DNA from: Candidatus Ryanbacteria bacterium CG10_big_fil_rev_8_21_14_0_10_43_42 | GTDB taxonomy: Bacteria > Patescibacteriota > Minisyncoccia > Ryanbacterales > 2-02-FULL-48-12 | Length of the DNA stretch: 64,000 nucleotides | NCBI GenBank assembly: GCA_002793915.1 | Contig: PFEF01000006.1 | Location: 24,697 to 88,696, forward strand | Direction: 5' to 3' | Shown: positions 20,722-31,199 of the stretch, piece by piece | Layout: the number at the start of each line of letters is the position of its first letter | Numbering within the stretch: position 1 is the first letter of the stretch | Position numbers and translations under genes: made by a program | The notes under the pieces: generated by a model | What the model was told of the DNA's origin: nothing | What the model saw: the letters and a program-made list of their open reading frames with translations, nothing else | Databases searched by the model: none

Positions 20722-21088
20722 TATGGATCAGGATTTATACCGGGAGCAGATACTTGATTTACATAACAACCCTCATAATAAAGGGGTGCTTTCGGGCGCC
20801 TTGCAAGCAACGGAACATAATGCATTATGCGGAGACAGTATAACATTGTATGTTGTGGTAAACGAAAATGATACTATTGTGGAAAGTAGCTTCGATGGTA
20901 CCGGATGTGCTGTAAGTCAGGCATCGGCATCTCTTCTTACGGATTATATAAAAGGAAAGACCGTAGAAGATGTATGTGCTTTGACGCAGAATGATATGGA
21001 ACGCATGTTGGGGGTTTCGCTTAATGTGGTGCGTATGCGATGTGCCGTACTTTCACTGAATGCGGCACAAAAAGCCGTAAAAAAATAA
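20714..21088 (+). CDS. sufU: SufU/NifU-like sulfur-transfer protein
   Basis: NALCGD, GCAVSQAS, RMRCA. Confidence 0.9.
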   Translation: MYNMDQDLYREQILDLHNNPHNKGVLSGALQATEHNALCGDSITLYVVVNENDTIVESSFDGTGCAVSQASASLLTDYIKGKTVEDVCALTQNDMERMLGVSLNVVRMRCAVLSLNAAQKAVKK

Positions 21089-21100
21089 AGAATCAGAATA

Positions 21101-21832
21101 ATGAAAAAGAATGTATTACAAATAAATAATATTCATATTGCGGCAGATGCAATGGAGATTGTGCATGGTGTTACATTGGAAATTCCCCGGGGAGAAATCG
21201 TTGCCCTTATGGGACCGAACGGATCCGGAAAGAGTACGCTTGTCAGTGCCCTTATGGGACATCCCCGATTCTGTATTACCGGTGGATCACTTGTTCTTGA
21301 CGGAAAGGATATAACACAACTTCCGGCATACGAAAAAGCACGCAGGGGACTGTTTTTATCTCCCCAGCATCCGCCGGAAATTCCGGGTGTTTCAGTATTT
21401 TCTTTTTTGCGTTCAGTGTACAATATCGTTCAAAAGCATCCCATGTCCGTCCCGGATTTTAAAAATTATATTGAAGAAAAAGCGGCAATGTTGGGTATGG
21501 ATAACGCTTTTCTGAAACGGTCGTTGAATGAGGGTTTTTCCGGCGGAGAGAAGAAACGCATGGAGATGCTTCAACTTTCACTTTTTGTTCCGACATATGC
21601 TTTTCTTGACGAAACTGATTCAGGTCTTGATGTTGATGCTCTTAAGATAATTGCGAATTCTATTGTCCGTATAAAACATGACATGGGCATATTGGTAATT
21701 ACACATCATACCCATATTCTTTCATACCTTGTGCCGGACAAGGTTTATGTCATGAAGGAGGGAAAAATTATACAAGAGGGAGGAAGCGAACTTGCGGAGA
21801 AAATAGAGAAGGAGGGATATCAGTCAATATAA
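21101..21832 (+). CDS. sufC: Fe-S assembly ATPase SufC
   Basis: GPNGSGKST, NEGFSGGEKKRME, LDETDSGLDVD. Confidence 0.95.
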   Translation: MKKNVLQINNIHIAADAMEIVHGVTLEIPRGEIVALMGPNGSGKSTLVSALMGHPRFCITGGSLVLDGKDITQLPAYEKARRGLFLSPQHPPEIPGVSVFSFLRSVYNIVQKHPMSVPDFKNYIEEKAAMLGMDNAFLKRSLNEGFSGGEKKRMEMLQLSLFVPTYAFLDETDSGLDVDALKIIANSIVRIKHDMGILVITHHTHILSYLVPDKVYVMKEGKIIQEGGSELAEKIEKEGYQSI

Positions 21833-21838
21833 GGTGTT

Positions 21839-22129
21839 ATGATTACGAAAGAACAGGTTATAGAAATATTAAAGACTATAAAAGATCCGGAGTTGGATCT
21901 TGATGTTTGGACGCTTGGGCTTATTTATGATATTTCGGTAACAGACGGAAAGGATATTTATATGATAATGACATTTACAACACCTCTTTGTCCGTATGGG
22001 ACGGAAATGGCGGGTACTATTAAAGAAAAAATCGTAAAGAATCTTAAGCCGAAATCTCTTAAAATTGAAGTTACGTTTGATCCGCCCTGGGAGCCGTCGG
22101 AAGGGCTTCGTGAAATGTTAGGTGTATGA
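21839..22129 (+). CDS. sufT: SufT/DUF59 metal-sulfur cluster assembly factor
   Basis: DPELDLDVWTLGLIY, TTPLCP, FDPPW. Confidence 0.88.
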   Translation: MITKEQVIEILKTIKDPELDLDVWTLGLIYDISVTDGKDIYMIMTFTTPLCPYGTEMAGTIKEKIVKNLKPKSLKIEVTFDPPWEPSEGLREMLGV

Positions 22130-22172
22130 TATTATTTTTTAGGATACTTCTGAAACAGGAGGAAAGTTCTTT

Positions 22173-22271
22173 ATGAATAAAGATGATCCCGATGGATGGA
22201 TTGTAACATGTGTGCTTGCGTGTCTTACCGTCGTATCAATTATTTCCGGAATGTTATTTATGGTGTATTAA
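22173..22271 (+). CDS. small single-TM protein (32 aa, absent from the ORF track)
   Basis: MNKDDPDGWIVTCVLACLTVVSIISGMLFMVY; AGGAGGA SD; downstream hairpin plus T run. Confidence 0.55.
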   Translation: MNKDDPDGWIVTCVLACLTVVSIISGMLFMVY

Positions 22272-22372
22272 CGATAAGGAGCGACTTTGGTCGTTTTTTT
22301 TTAAACAATTAAAAAATAATTTCCCATAATGTGATATACTTAAGAAATAAGTTATAAAATTAGGTTGCGGGT

Positions 22373-22978
22373 ATGAATAAAAAAGAAGTTGAAATTATTA
22401 AAGAGGAACGAACCAGATCACATCCCCCATACGGAGCATTTTTAATTTTTTCCCTCTTTGTTTTTGTGTGGGCGGTTTTTTTATACAAATACACGCCGGG
22501 TGAAATTGTTGAAATGATAGGCATTGAAAACGGTTTTATTATTGCTTTTGTCGCCGCATTTCTGGGCGGTCTCTCCACGTTTTCTTCGGTGCCGTATACT
22601 CTTATTATTGTTACACTTGGTGCGGGAGGGCTTCATCCATTGGGTCTTGGTCTCGTGGCGTCACTGGGACTTTTTTTGGGAGATTCCACATCATATTTTT
22701 TAGGGTATTATGGTAATGGCGTGGTGCCGTCCCGTTTGCAAGAGTATCTGCAAAGATTCCATAATTGGCTTGTGCAAGAGCGGTTTACATCCGTTATGCC
22801 GTTCTTTATTTTTTTGTATGGTGCTTTATTTCCGTTTTCGAATGATGTTGTGGTAATATCGTTCGGCCTTGCGCGTTATCCGTATTGGAAGGTTATGATT
22901 CCGCTTACGCTCGGAGCTGTTGTTTTTAATACGATGATGGCGTACGTGGGCCTCTATGGCATTCGATTATTCGGGTAA
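22373..22978 (+). CDS. VTT/DedA-like membrane protein
   Basis: LGDSTSYFLGYYG, PFSND; several TM helices. Confidence 0.75.
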   Translation: MNKKEVEIIKEERTRSHPPYGAFLIFSLFVFVWAVFLYKYTPGEIVEMIGIENGFIIAFVAAFLGGLSTFSSVPYTLIIVTLGAGGLHPLGLGLVASLGLFLGDSTSYFLGYYGNGVVPSRLQEYLQRFHNWLVQERFTSVMPFFIFLYGALFPFSNDVVVISFGLARYPYWKVMIPLTLGAVVFNTMMAYVGLYGIRLFG

Positions 22979-22990
22979 TAAGAGGAAGTT

Positions 22991-23617
22991 TTATCGAAGA
23001 GAAAGGAAGGTGTCTATTTTTTTCTTAATCGCTTCCCATACATCTTCCCGTGTCTGTAGAGCATTAATAATATGCCATGTTGCGGAATCCTCCTTTGCTT
23101 GCGCAAGAAATCCATTACGTACTTTTTCATGAAAGTCTATTTTTTCGGCATCGAAACGTGATGTCGCTTCTTCTCGCGTAAGAATCATTTTTGGATCAGC
23201 ATCGAGAAGGAATATTATATCGGGCCATATGCCTTTTCGTGCGCGCGCGCTTTTTTTCTTTATATGATCAATGGATATACCGCGTGCATATCCTTGATAG
23301 GCAATAGTAGAAGGCTCGAATCTATCCAGGAGAATAATCTTTTTTTCCTGTAGGGCCGGAATAATGGTGTTTTGTATGTGAAGTGCGCGATCTCTGCAAA
23401 ACAAATTAAGTTCCTCTTCCGGTGTGAGTACGCCTTTCATGTCTAAGAGTTTCGTGCGAATAGAGGGGTCGCCTCCACCCGGTTCATGGCTTGAGAGTAC
23501 CGTATATCCATGCGCTTTAAGATATTCTTTCGTGTACGCAATTTGAGTTGTCTTGCCGGCTTTTTCACCTCCCTCAAAGAGAATCAGCATACCTTGTGAT
23601 GGGGTGATTTCAGTCAT
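22991..23617 (-). CDS. tmk: thymidylate kinase
   Basis: [34 protein letters not shown]. Confidence 0.93.
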   Translation of the reverse strand: MTEITPSQGMLILFEGGEKAGKTTQIAYTKEYLKAHGYTVLSSHEPGGGDPSIRTKLLDMKGVLTPEEELNLFCRDRALHIQNTIIPALQEKKIILLDRFEPSTIAYQGYARGISIDHIKKKSARARKGIWPDIIFLLDADPKMILTREEATSRFDAEKIDFHEKVRNGFLAQAKEDSATWHIINALQTREDVWEAIKKKIDTFLSLR

Positions 23618-23651
23618 ACAATGGAAGTATATCATAAAAAAGAATACCTGT

Positions 23652-24473
23652 ATGAAGCAGTATATTGATGCGCTTACCCATATTATGGATCATGGAGTTG
23701 ATAGACCTACGCGTACGGGGGTAGATACGCGTGGTGTATTTGGTATGCAGATGCGCTATGCTATGGCGGATGGATTTCCAGCGGTCACCACGAAAAAACT
23801 TGCATTTAAATCCATTACAGCGGAACTTCTTTGGCTTCTGTCGGGGAGTTCCGATGTAAAAGATTTACAGAAATTGGGATCCCATATATGGGACGCTAAT
23901 GCCAATGCGGATTATTGGAAACCGAAAGCGCGTTTTGAAGGTGATCTGGGACGCGTATATGGCGTGCAGTGGCGTTCGTGGAAAGCACCGGATGGTAGAG
24001 AGATTGATCAGATAGCGGAAGCCATACGTCGTATTAAAGAAACGCCTCATGATAGGCGTATTATTGTAACAGCGTGGAATCCTGGAGAATTGGATCAGAT
24101 GGCACTTCCGCCATGTCATGCTTTTTTTCAGTTTTCTGTGGCTGATAGCAAACTTTCATTGCAAATGTACCAGCGGTCATGCGATATGTTTTTAGGCGTT
24201 CCGTTCAATATTGCTTCGTATGCGCTTTTACTGCATATGGTGGCGCAGGTTACGGACCTGGTGCCGGGTGATTTTATTCATACGTTAGGAGACGCGCATA
24301 TCTACCATAATCATTTTGATCAGGTGCGTGAGCAGATATCACGAACGCCGTATCCATCACCTAAACTTGTTCTGCGTTCGGCTGTGCGTAACATTAATGA
24401 TTTTACTATGAAGGATATTACGTTGGAGCATTATCAGCATCACCCTTCCATTAAGGCGGATATGGCCGTTTAA
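23652..24473 (+). CDS. thyA: thymidylate synthase
   Basis: [40 protein letters not shown]. Confidence 0.97.
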   Translation: MKQYIDALTHIMDHGVDRPTRTGVDTRGVFGMQMRYAMADGFPAVTTKKLAFKSITAELLWLLSGSSDVKDLQKLGSHIWDANANADYWKPKARFEGDLGRVYGVQWRSWKAPDGREIDQIAEAIRRIKETPHDRRIIVTAWNPGELDQMALPPCHAFFQFSVADSKLSLQMYQRSCDMFLGVPFNIASYALLLHMVAQVTDLVPGDFIHTLGDAHIYHNHFDQVREQISRTPYPSPKLVLRSAVRNINDFTMKDITLEHYQHHPSIKADMAV

Positions 24474-24477
24474 CTCT

Positions 24478-24972
24478 ATGAATATATCGATTATAGCGGC
24501 CATGGGGGAGAATGGTGTGATTGGTAATAAGGGAAAGTTGCCGTGGGATATGCCTGCAGACATGCGGCATTTTCGCTCTTGCACGGTAGGGAGACCGGTA
24601 GTGATGGGGAGTAAGACATTCGCATCCATTGGTCATCCGCTTTCAGAAAGAAAAAATATCATACTTACCCGCAACAAGGCGTATATCGCGGCACATGGGT
24701 GTTTAGTTATGTATTCACCTCACGAAATTATGGAAAAATATAAAGAAGAACAGGAACTTATGGTTATTGGAGGTGCCGGAATATATGAAACATTTCTTCC
24801 GTACGCACATTATATGTATCTAACATACATTAAACATGTTTTTGAAGGGGATGTATATTTTCCATCGTTTAATGAAGACGAATGGAGTGAAATATCGCGA
24901 GAAGACCACGAAGCCGATAAAGAAAATCCATACCCATATGCATTCATTACCCGTAAGCGAAAATGTATATGA
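24478..24972 (+). CDS. folA: dihydrofolate reductase
   Basis: IGNKGKLPWDMPADM, VMGSKT, VIGGAGIY, GDVYFP. Confidence 0.95.
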   Translation: MNISIIAAMGENGVIGNKGKLPWDMPADMRHFRSCTVGRPVVMGSKTFASIGHPLSERKNIILTRNKAYIAAHGCLVMYSPHEIMEKYKEEQELMVIGGAGIYETFLPYAHYMYLTYIKHVFEGDVYFPSFNEDEWSEISREDHEADKENPYPYAFITRKRKCI

Positions 24973-25403
24973 AAATTTCAATAAAACGAATAGATAAAAC
25001 ATTGCCGTTGCCGGAATATAAAACAGAAGGAGCGGCGGCTTTTGATATGTATGCACGCGTAGATGTGGTTATAGAGCCGGGAACAATTGGTATTATTCCC
25101 TCAAATCTTATCATTAAATCCCCGCCGGATTATGTTCTTATTATGGCATCTCGCTCCAGTACGCCAAAGCGCGGACTTATTATTCCGCATGGCATTGGTA
25201 TCGTGGACGGGGATTATTGTGGAAACAAAGATGAGCTTGGGTGTCAGGTATACAACATCACAAAAGACCCTGTACATATTAAACGAGGGGAACGCATTGG
25301 ACAGGCTCTGTTTGTGCGTCTGGGAAAAGTATCTAAGTGGGAAGAAACAGATTCGATGGAGAACAATAGCAGGGGAGGGTTTGGTAGTACGGGAATTACG
25401 TAA
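24969..25403 (+). CDS. dut: dUTP diphosphatase (trimeric)
   Basis: GAAAFD, RSS, GIVDGDY, GERIGQ, RGGFGSTG; ATGA overlap with folA. Confidence 0.93.
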   Translation: MKISIKRIDKTLPLPEYKTEGAAAFDMYARVDVVIEPGTIGIIPSNLIIKSPPDYVLIMASRSSTPKRGLIIPHGIGIVDGDYCGNKDELGCQVYNITKDPVHIKRGERIGQALFVRLGKVSKWEETDSMENNSRGGFGSTGIT

Positions 25404-26529
25404 GATTAATGGTTATTTTTCCGGGTAAACGAAAGTGTTTGGAAAGCACTGCTGTGCGGGACTGATTAGTATAATGGGATGTTTCAACCTCATCATAATG
25501 CTTTTCGGGAAGATGGGTTAAATGTTCAAAGCGAAATTTGGCAATAGGTTGTCCATCGCGCAGAGCCACGTCTTGAAAAAGGGGACGCACTTCCATAACA
25601 GCGGTTCGTCCTTTTCCTTCGCCATCTTTCCCCCATCCCCATCCGGGATCAAAAAATCCCGCATAGTGCGAACGGAATTCACCGGCGCGTTCGTCCATGG
25701 GAACAATTTCGGAAGCAAGATAGGGAGGTACACGAATAGCTTCTTTTGTGCGAAGAATATAAAAATGCCCTTGCTTTAAAAGAATGCGTCCGTTTCTACA
25801 AAACACGGGGCGGAAAAAGGTGAATGGGTCATGTTCACGTTTTTTAGAGAGGTCTAATACGGCATTTCCCGGAATACTTTCCCATCCGACATGTTCTCCG
25901 GAAAGATCCACGGTAAGAATAAGAGATCCGTCTCGGTCGCTCATATGAAGATTTTGATAACGTATGGGTGTGCCAGAAGCATCCCATAAGAGTTTATCGC
26001 GTTCAATTGCGAGTTGCAATTCGAGTTCCGAAAGGCGGGTGTCATGTGTGAAAAACCGTATTTGGGAAAGTTTTTCTCCGGGCGGTATGTTGGTTGAAAA
26101 TGAATTGGGTGTAATAGTTACCCATAATTCTCCTTTATATCCGGCGGGAGCAAAGTCAAAGCGCGGTATGCCGTCTGCGAGGACGCGTACATGTATATCA
26201 TTTCGGCCGGTACTTGATTTGGGATTACAGTAAGCATATACCTCATGAGGGAGCGCAAGAGATTCCCGAAGACGAGCCAGATAAGTATTACCCCTTATTA
26301 GTGGTTCGTGTGGCGCGTGCGGCGTTGTATGTACTTCTTTCATGAGGTTGCGTATGGATTCGTTTGGGTATGGAAGAAATACTTCATTAATGCGGTACAA
26401 TTCGTCTGATAATGCGAGATCGAGAGATGCGGGGCTTATGTTTTCCATTTCTGCGCCATGAATATGGCCCGCATTGATAAGATCGCGAATCAGCTGAACG
26501 GGAAGGGCGCCTATGTTTTTGGTAGTCAT
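25396..26529 (-). CDS. dcd: dCTP deaminase, long two-domain form
   Basis: PASLDL, NPKSSTGRND, GYKGELW, GEFRSHYAGFFDPGWG. Confidence 0.88.
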   Translation of the reverse strand: MTTKNIGALPVQLIRDLINAGHIHGAEMENISPASLDLALSDELYRINEVFLPYPNESIRNLMKEVHTTPHAPHEPLIRGNTYLARLRESLALPHEVYAYCNPKSSTGRNDIHVRVLADGIPRFDFAPAGYKGELWVTITPNSFSTNIPPGEKLSQIRFFTHDTRLSELELQLAIERDKLLWDASGTPIRYQNLHMSDRDGSLILTVDLSGEHVGWESIPGNAVLDLSKKREHDPFTFFRPVFCRNGRILLKQGHFYILRTKEAIRVPPYLASEIVPMDERAGEFRSHYAGFFDPGWGWGKDGEGKGRTAVMEVRPLFQDVALRDGQPIAKFRFEHLTHLPEKHYDEVETSHYTNQSRTAVLSKHFRLPGKITINLT

Positions 26530-26600
26530 GGTCTTAGATTATCACCCGTTCGAAAGAAGGGCAATTTTTGCGAATTTGCAAAGCAATGTATAATGACTAT

Positions 26601-28007
26601 ATGGAATCCCCCACAACATTTGTCATATTTGGTGCCACTGGAGATCTCGCGCGGAAAAAACTAATTCCGGCACTGTTTGATTTATATGTAAAAAAAATGT
26701 TGCCGGATGTTTTTTATATTATGGGGTTTTCCCGGCGAGTTTGTGAGATAGAAACATTTCATGATATGGTGCGGGATGCTATTGGGGAGAAAATGCATAA
26801 TCACGCGAAGGAAAAGGAGGATGCTTTTTTAAAACATGTTTCGTATGTGCAAGGATCGTTCGAAGATGCTGAAGCATATAAAAATCTTGCCGAAGCCCTT
26901 ATAACTCTTGATAACATTCTTGCAAAAAAATGTTCTAATAAGATTTTTTATCTTGCGGTTCCTCCCATATCGTTTGCGTCTATTTTTACAAATTTGGCGG
27001 ATGCAGGTCTTTCCATTCCGTGTGTGGGTGGGTGGACGCGTATTTTGGTGGAAAAGCCGTTTGGAAAAGATTTGCATACGGCGCAGGAACTTGATGCAAC
27101 GTTGGGACTACTCTTTAAAGAAGAGCAGATTTTTCGTATTGACCATTATCTTGCTAAAGAAACAATACAGAATATTATTGCATTTCGTTTTGCAAACACC
27201 ATTTTTGGTCCGCTTTGGGATAAAGACCATATAGAAAAGGTGGAAGTGCAATTGTTGGAAGATATCGATGTGGGCACGCGCGGATCATTTTATGATGGCG
27301 TAGGAGCGCTTAGAGATTTGGGGCAAAGTCATATTCTTCAAATGGTGGCGCTTATTGCTATGGAAGATCCGAAAGAGTTGGATGCGTCTTTAATTCGTGC
27401 GGCGCGCGCAAAGGTATTTACGTGCCTGCGTCCTTTTACAAAAAATGATATCAAAACACAGGTGGTACGCGGACAGTACGTTGGTTATCGGGATACGAAA
27501 GGTGTCGATCCCAATTCCGCAACGGAGACATATTTTCGTATGAAGACATATATTGATAATGAACGATGGCGCGATGTGCCGTTTTATTTGGAAGCGGGAA
27601 AAGCACTGCATGAGAAACGAACAGAGATAACCTTATATTTTCGGGAAAAGGTATCGTGTGTATGTCCGAAGGATACCGATCAGCATCATCAAAATATGTT
27701 AACCATTCGTCTTCAGCCGAATGAAGGAATGTCCCTTTTATTCTGGGTAAAAAAACCCGGGTTTGGCATGGATTTAGAGCCACAGCGCTTATCGTTTTCG
27801 TACGCTGATTCTCCCAACGCTGTTATGTTCCCGGATGCTTATGAGCGCGTACTTCATGATTGCGTTCGGGGAGATCAGACATTATTTGCAAGTACGGAAG
27901 AAGTTAATGCGGAGTGGAAGTTTATAACACCCATACTCCAGAATTGGCAGGATAATCCCTTGATGGAGTATGAAAAAGGGAGCAAGCCCAAGCATACTAT
28001 AAGCTAA
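26601..28007 (+). CDS. zwf: glucose-6-phosphate 1-dehydrogenase
   Basis: FGATGDLARKKL, EKPFG, RIDHYLAKE, AYERV. Confidence 0.96.
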   Translation: MESPTTFVIFGATGDLARKKLIPALFDLYVKKMLPDVFYIMGFSRRVCEIETFHDMVRDAIGEKMHNHAKEKEDAFLKHVSYVQGSFEDAEAYKNLAEALITLDNILAKKCSNKIFYLAVPPISFASIFTNLADAGLSIPCVGGWTRILVEKPFGKDLHTAQELDATLGLLFKEEQIFRIDHYLAKETIQNIIAFRFANTIFGPLWDKDHIEKVEVQLLEDIDVGTRGSFYDGVGALRDLGQSHILQMVALIAMEDPKELDASLIRAARAKVFTCLRPFTKNDIKTQVVRGQYVGYRDTKGVDPNSATETYFRMKTYIDNERWRDVPFYLEAGKALHEKRTEITLYFREKVSCVCPKDTDQHHQNMLTIRLQPNEGMSLLFWVKKPGFGMDLEPQRLSFSYADSPNAVMFPDAYERVLHDCVRGDQTLFASTEEVNAEWKFITPILQNWQDNPLMEYEKGSKPKHTIS

Positions 28008-28018
28008 TATAAAAACAT

Positions 28019-28912
28019 ATGAAGCTAGGTTATATCGGTCTTGGAAAAATGGGACTTAATATGGTGGAGCACTTGCTTGAACAAAAGCATGAACTTGTTG
28101 TCTTTGATGAAAATAGAGAGGTTATGCAACGCATTGCGTGGGGTGGCGTGAAAACCGCTACATCTGTGTGGGACGTTGTTAATTCGCTCGAAGGACCGCG
28201 CCTTATCTGGCTTATGGTGCCGCATACCGTGGTGGATGCAGTAATTGATGATTTAATTCCCATCTTGAAGGAAGACGATACCATTATCGATGGCGGAAAT
28301 TCGTTCTATAAAAATTCAATGGCGAATGCAAAAAAGTTGGAAGAGGTGGGAATTAATTTTTTGGACGTAGGGACATCGGGAGGGCCTAAGGGCGCGCGTG
28401 ATGGAGCATGTCTTATGATTGGGGGCAAAAAAGAAATATACAAAAAGTTTGAACCGTTATTCAAGGACATTGCCGCTCCCGATGCGTATGGTTATATGGG
28501 ACCATCCGGTGCGGGACATTTTGTTAAGATGGTGCATAACGGTATTGAGTACGGTATGATGCAAGCAATGGGAGAGGGTTTTCAAATTATGCAGACATCT
28601 CCTTTTGGTTTGGATTTGCCTAAAATAGCCGATGTATATAATCATCGTTCTGTGGTGGAGTCACGTCTCACGGAGTGGCTGGTGGAAGCGTATAAGACGC
28701 ATGGCGCTGACCTTGCCGATATTTCCGGTTCAGTCAAGCAAAGCGGAGAAGGGCTTTGGACTGTAGAGGCGGCGAAAGAGCTGGGCGTGTCAGCACCCAT
28801 TATTGAAGGCGCGGTAAAATTTCGTACGGAGTCGGAACATAATCCCAGTTATGCGGGGAAGATATTGTCGGCTTTGCGCACCACTTTTGGGGGGCATGAG
28901 GTAAAAAAATGA
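28019..28912 (+). CDS. gnd: 6-phosphogluconate dehydrogenase (short decarboxylating type)
   Basis: GLGKMG, DGGNS, GTSGG, GAGHFVKMVHNGIEYG, SGEGLWT. Confidence 0.95.
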   Translation: MKLGYIGLGKMGLNMVEHLLEQKHELVVFDENREVMQRIAWGGVKTATSVWDVVNSLEGPRLIWLMVPHTVVDAVIDDLIPILKEDDTIIDGGNSFYKNSMANAKKLEEVGINFLDVGTSGGPKGARDGACLMIGGKKEIYKKFEPLFKDIAAPDAYGYMGPSGAGHFVKMVHNGIEYGMMQAMGEGFQIMQTSPFGLDLPKIADVYNHRSVVESRLTEWLVEAYKTHGADLADISGSVKQSGEGLWTVEAAKELGVSAPIIEGAVKFRTESEHNPSYAGKILSALRTTFGGHEVKK

Positions 28913-28913
28913 T

Positions 28914-30239
28914 ATGAAGCTTTTTTATGAAAAAACGGCGTTAATAGAAGATAGGGAGCTTTTGGAAACGGAAGGTTTGCTTACGGACTACGTAAATCAC
29001 ATGCGGTCCGTTATTTCCGCGGGAGAGTATGAAGCGCCGGAAGCATCAGTTAATTTGCCATCCGATGATAATCTTTTAGCAAATATTTTACGCATAAAAG
29101 AAAAAAAAGTATCTTCAGCACTTAAGTATATTGTAGTTATTGGTATTGGCGGCTCTAACTTGGGTACGCAAGCGGTATATAATGCAATGCGCGGATACGC
29201 GGATGCGCTTGAGCCGGATATCTATCCGAAAATATTTTTTGCGGATACAAACGATAACGAGTTCACAAAAAAACTGTGTGCTTTTTTGTGTTCACATATA
29301 ACCGATCCGGAGGAAGTTCTTGTTATTGCCGTCAGCAAATCGGGAGGCACAACTGAAACTATCGTCAATACCGAATTTTTTATGCAGAAATTAAAAACAG
29401 TGATTGTAAATGTGCGGGATCGTCTGGTGGTTATAACGGATTATAATTCAAAATGGTGGCAGGTTTTGGAAAAGGATACGGATATTACACGCTTGTCCAT
29501 TCCGCATATAGTGGGCGGGCGTTATTCGGTGTTTTCTGCCGTGGGATTATTTCCACTTGCGGCCGCCGGATTTGATATAAAAGCATTGCGAAAAGGTGCA
29601 TGTGATATGCGCACCCTATGCGCGGGAAATTCCATAGAAGAAAATTATGCCATGCAGTCGGCGGCGGTTTTATATGCAAGTGCCAAAAAGGGAAAAATAA
29701 TAAACGATAACTTCTTTTTTCATCCGGAATGCGAATCATTGGGAAAATGGTACCGGCAATTAATGGGAGAAAGTATTGGTAAAGAAAAAGACATTGACGG
29801 TGTTGTTGTGCATGCCGGTATAACTCCGACAGTTTCGCTGGGATCGGTTGATCTGCACTCTATGGCGCAATTATATTTAGGGGGACCGCGTGACAAAATA
29901 ACAACGTTTGTATGGAGCGACGTATCGGGGGTAAAAGCGCGTATACCCGAAAGAAAGGATATGTTGTTTCCTGAACTTGTGAAAGATATTTCAGGACGTA
30001 CGTTTGAGGAAATAATACATGCGATTCGGGAAGGAGTAAAAATTGCGTATCAAAAAAATAATTTACCGTTTATGGAAATTATTCTTTCGGAACTGTCGGA
30101 ATATGAACTGGGTATGTTTTTGCAGTTTAAGATGATGGAAATGATGTACCTTGGCAAGCTTATGCGGCTTAATGTTTTTGATCAACCGAACGTGGAAGCG
30201 TATAAAAAGGAGACAAAAAATATTCTTGAGACAAGTTAA
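28914..30239 (+). CDS. pgi: glucose-6-phosphate isomerase
   Basis: IGIGGSNLG, SKSGGTTET, VGGRYSV, QLMGES.GK, FDQPNVEAYK. Confidence 0.93.
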   Translation: MKLFYEKTALIEDRELLETEGLLTDYVNHMRSVISAGEYEAPEASVNLPSDDNLLANILRIKEKKVSSALKYIVVIGIGGSNLGTQAVYNAMRGYADALEPDIYPKIFFADTNDNEFTKKLCAFLCSHITDPEEVLVIAVSKSGGTTETIVNTEFFMQKLKTVIVNVRDRLVVITDYNSKWWQVLEKDTDITRLSIPHIVGGRYSVFSAVGLFPLAAAGFDIKALRKGACDMRTLCAGNSIEENYAMQSAAVLYASAKKGKIINDNFFFHPECESLGKWYRQLMGESIGKEKDIDGVVVHAGITPTVSLGSVDLHSMAQLYLGGPRDKITTFVWSDVSGVKARIPERKDMLFPELVKDISGRTFEEIIHAIREGVKIAYQKNNLPFMEIILSELSEYELGMFLQFKMMEMMYLGKLMRLNVFDQPNVEAYKKETKNILETS

Positions 30240-30250
30240 TAATCAATCAT

Positions 30251-31123
30251 ATGTATGTACTTTTTGATATCGGGGGGACGAAAATGCGCGTTGCTGTTTC
30301 TAAGGATGGCGAGACATTTTGCGAACCAAAAAAAATTCCCACGCCACATAATTTTGAGGAAGGCGTACGGGCGTTTGGAGAACTTGCTCATGAACTGGCG
30401 GGAGGTGCGAAAATTGAAGCGGCGGCGGGTGGCATTGCTGGTCCGTTGGATAAAAATCGCACCATGCTGGTAAATTCGCCTAATATTTCCGATTGGATAC
30501 AAAAACCACTTACGGAATCGTTGGCGCACAGCATTAACGCTCCGGTTTTTGTGGAAAATGATAATGCTATTGTGGGATTGGGAGAAGTTACGGCGGGCGC
30601 CGCAAAAGGGTGTGATATAGTGGCTTATGTGGGTGTGGGAACCGGTGTGGGAGGAACGCGTTATGTGGACGGTAGAATAGACAGAAGCGCGTTTGGGTTT
30701 GAAATAGGGCATCAAATCATAGATGCGGACGGTTCACTTACACATACCCCCGATGGAGATACACGATGTTTGGGATGCGGGCAGGTGGGACATTTGGAGG
30801 GTTATGTATCGGGGAGATCATTTGAAAACCGGTATGGAAAAAAGGCATATGATATTGATGACCCCGCTGTATGGGAGCAAGCGGCAAAATTACTTTCATA
30901 CGGATTATATAATACCATGGTGCATTGGTCTCCGGATGTTATATGTTTGGGGGGATCGATGATTATGGGAAATCCGGTTATCCCTATGGATCGCATAGAG
31001 TATTATTTACGTACTATTACAAAAATTTTCCCGACATTACCAAAATTAAAAAAAGCGGAATTAGGAGATGTGGGAGGGCTTTATGGTGCACTTGCTTTTT
31101 TGAAGCAAAAAATGGGGGAGTAA
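30251..31123 (+). CDS. ROK-family sugar kinase (glucokinase-like)
   Basis: DIGGTK, ENDN, GTGVGG, EIGHQ, C.GCG..GHLE. Confidence 0.9.
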   Translation: MYVLFDIGGTKMRVAVSKDGETFCEPKKIPTPHNFEEGVRAFGELAHELAGGAKIEAAAGGIAGPLDKNRTMLVNSPNISDWIQKPLTESLAHSINAPVFVENDNAIVGLGEVTAGAAKGCDIVAYVGVGTGVGGTRYVDGRIDRSAFGFEIGHQIIDADGSLTHTPDGDTRCLGCGQVGHLEGYVSGRSFENRYGKKAYDIDDPAVWEQAAKLLSYGLYNTMVHWSPDVICLGGSMIMGNPVIPMDRIEYYLRTITKIFPTLPKLKKAELGDVGGLYGALAFLKQKMGE

Positions 31124-31199
31124 TATTATATGAATTTTCTATGATTAAATACACAACGCCGTTTTATATATGACTTATAGTTTGCTATAATGAAAGCAT

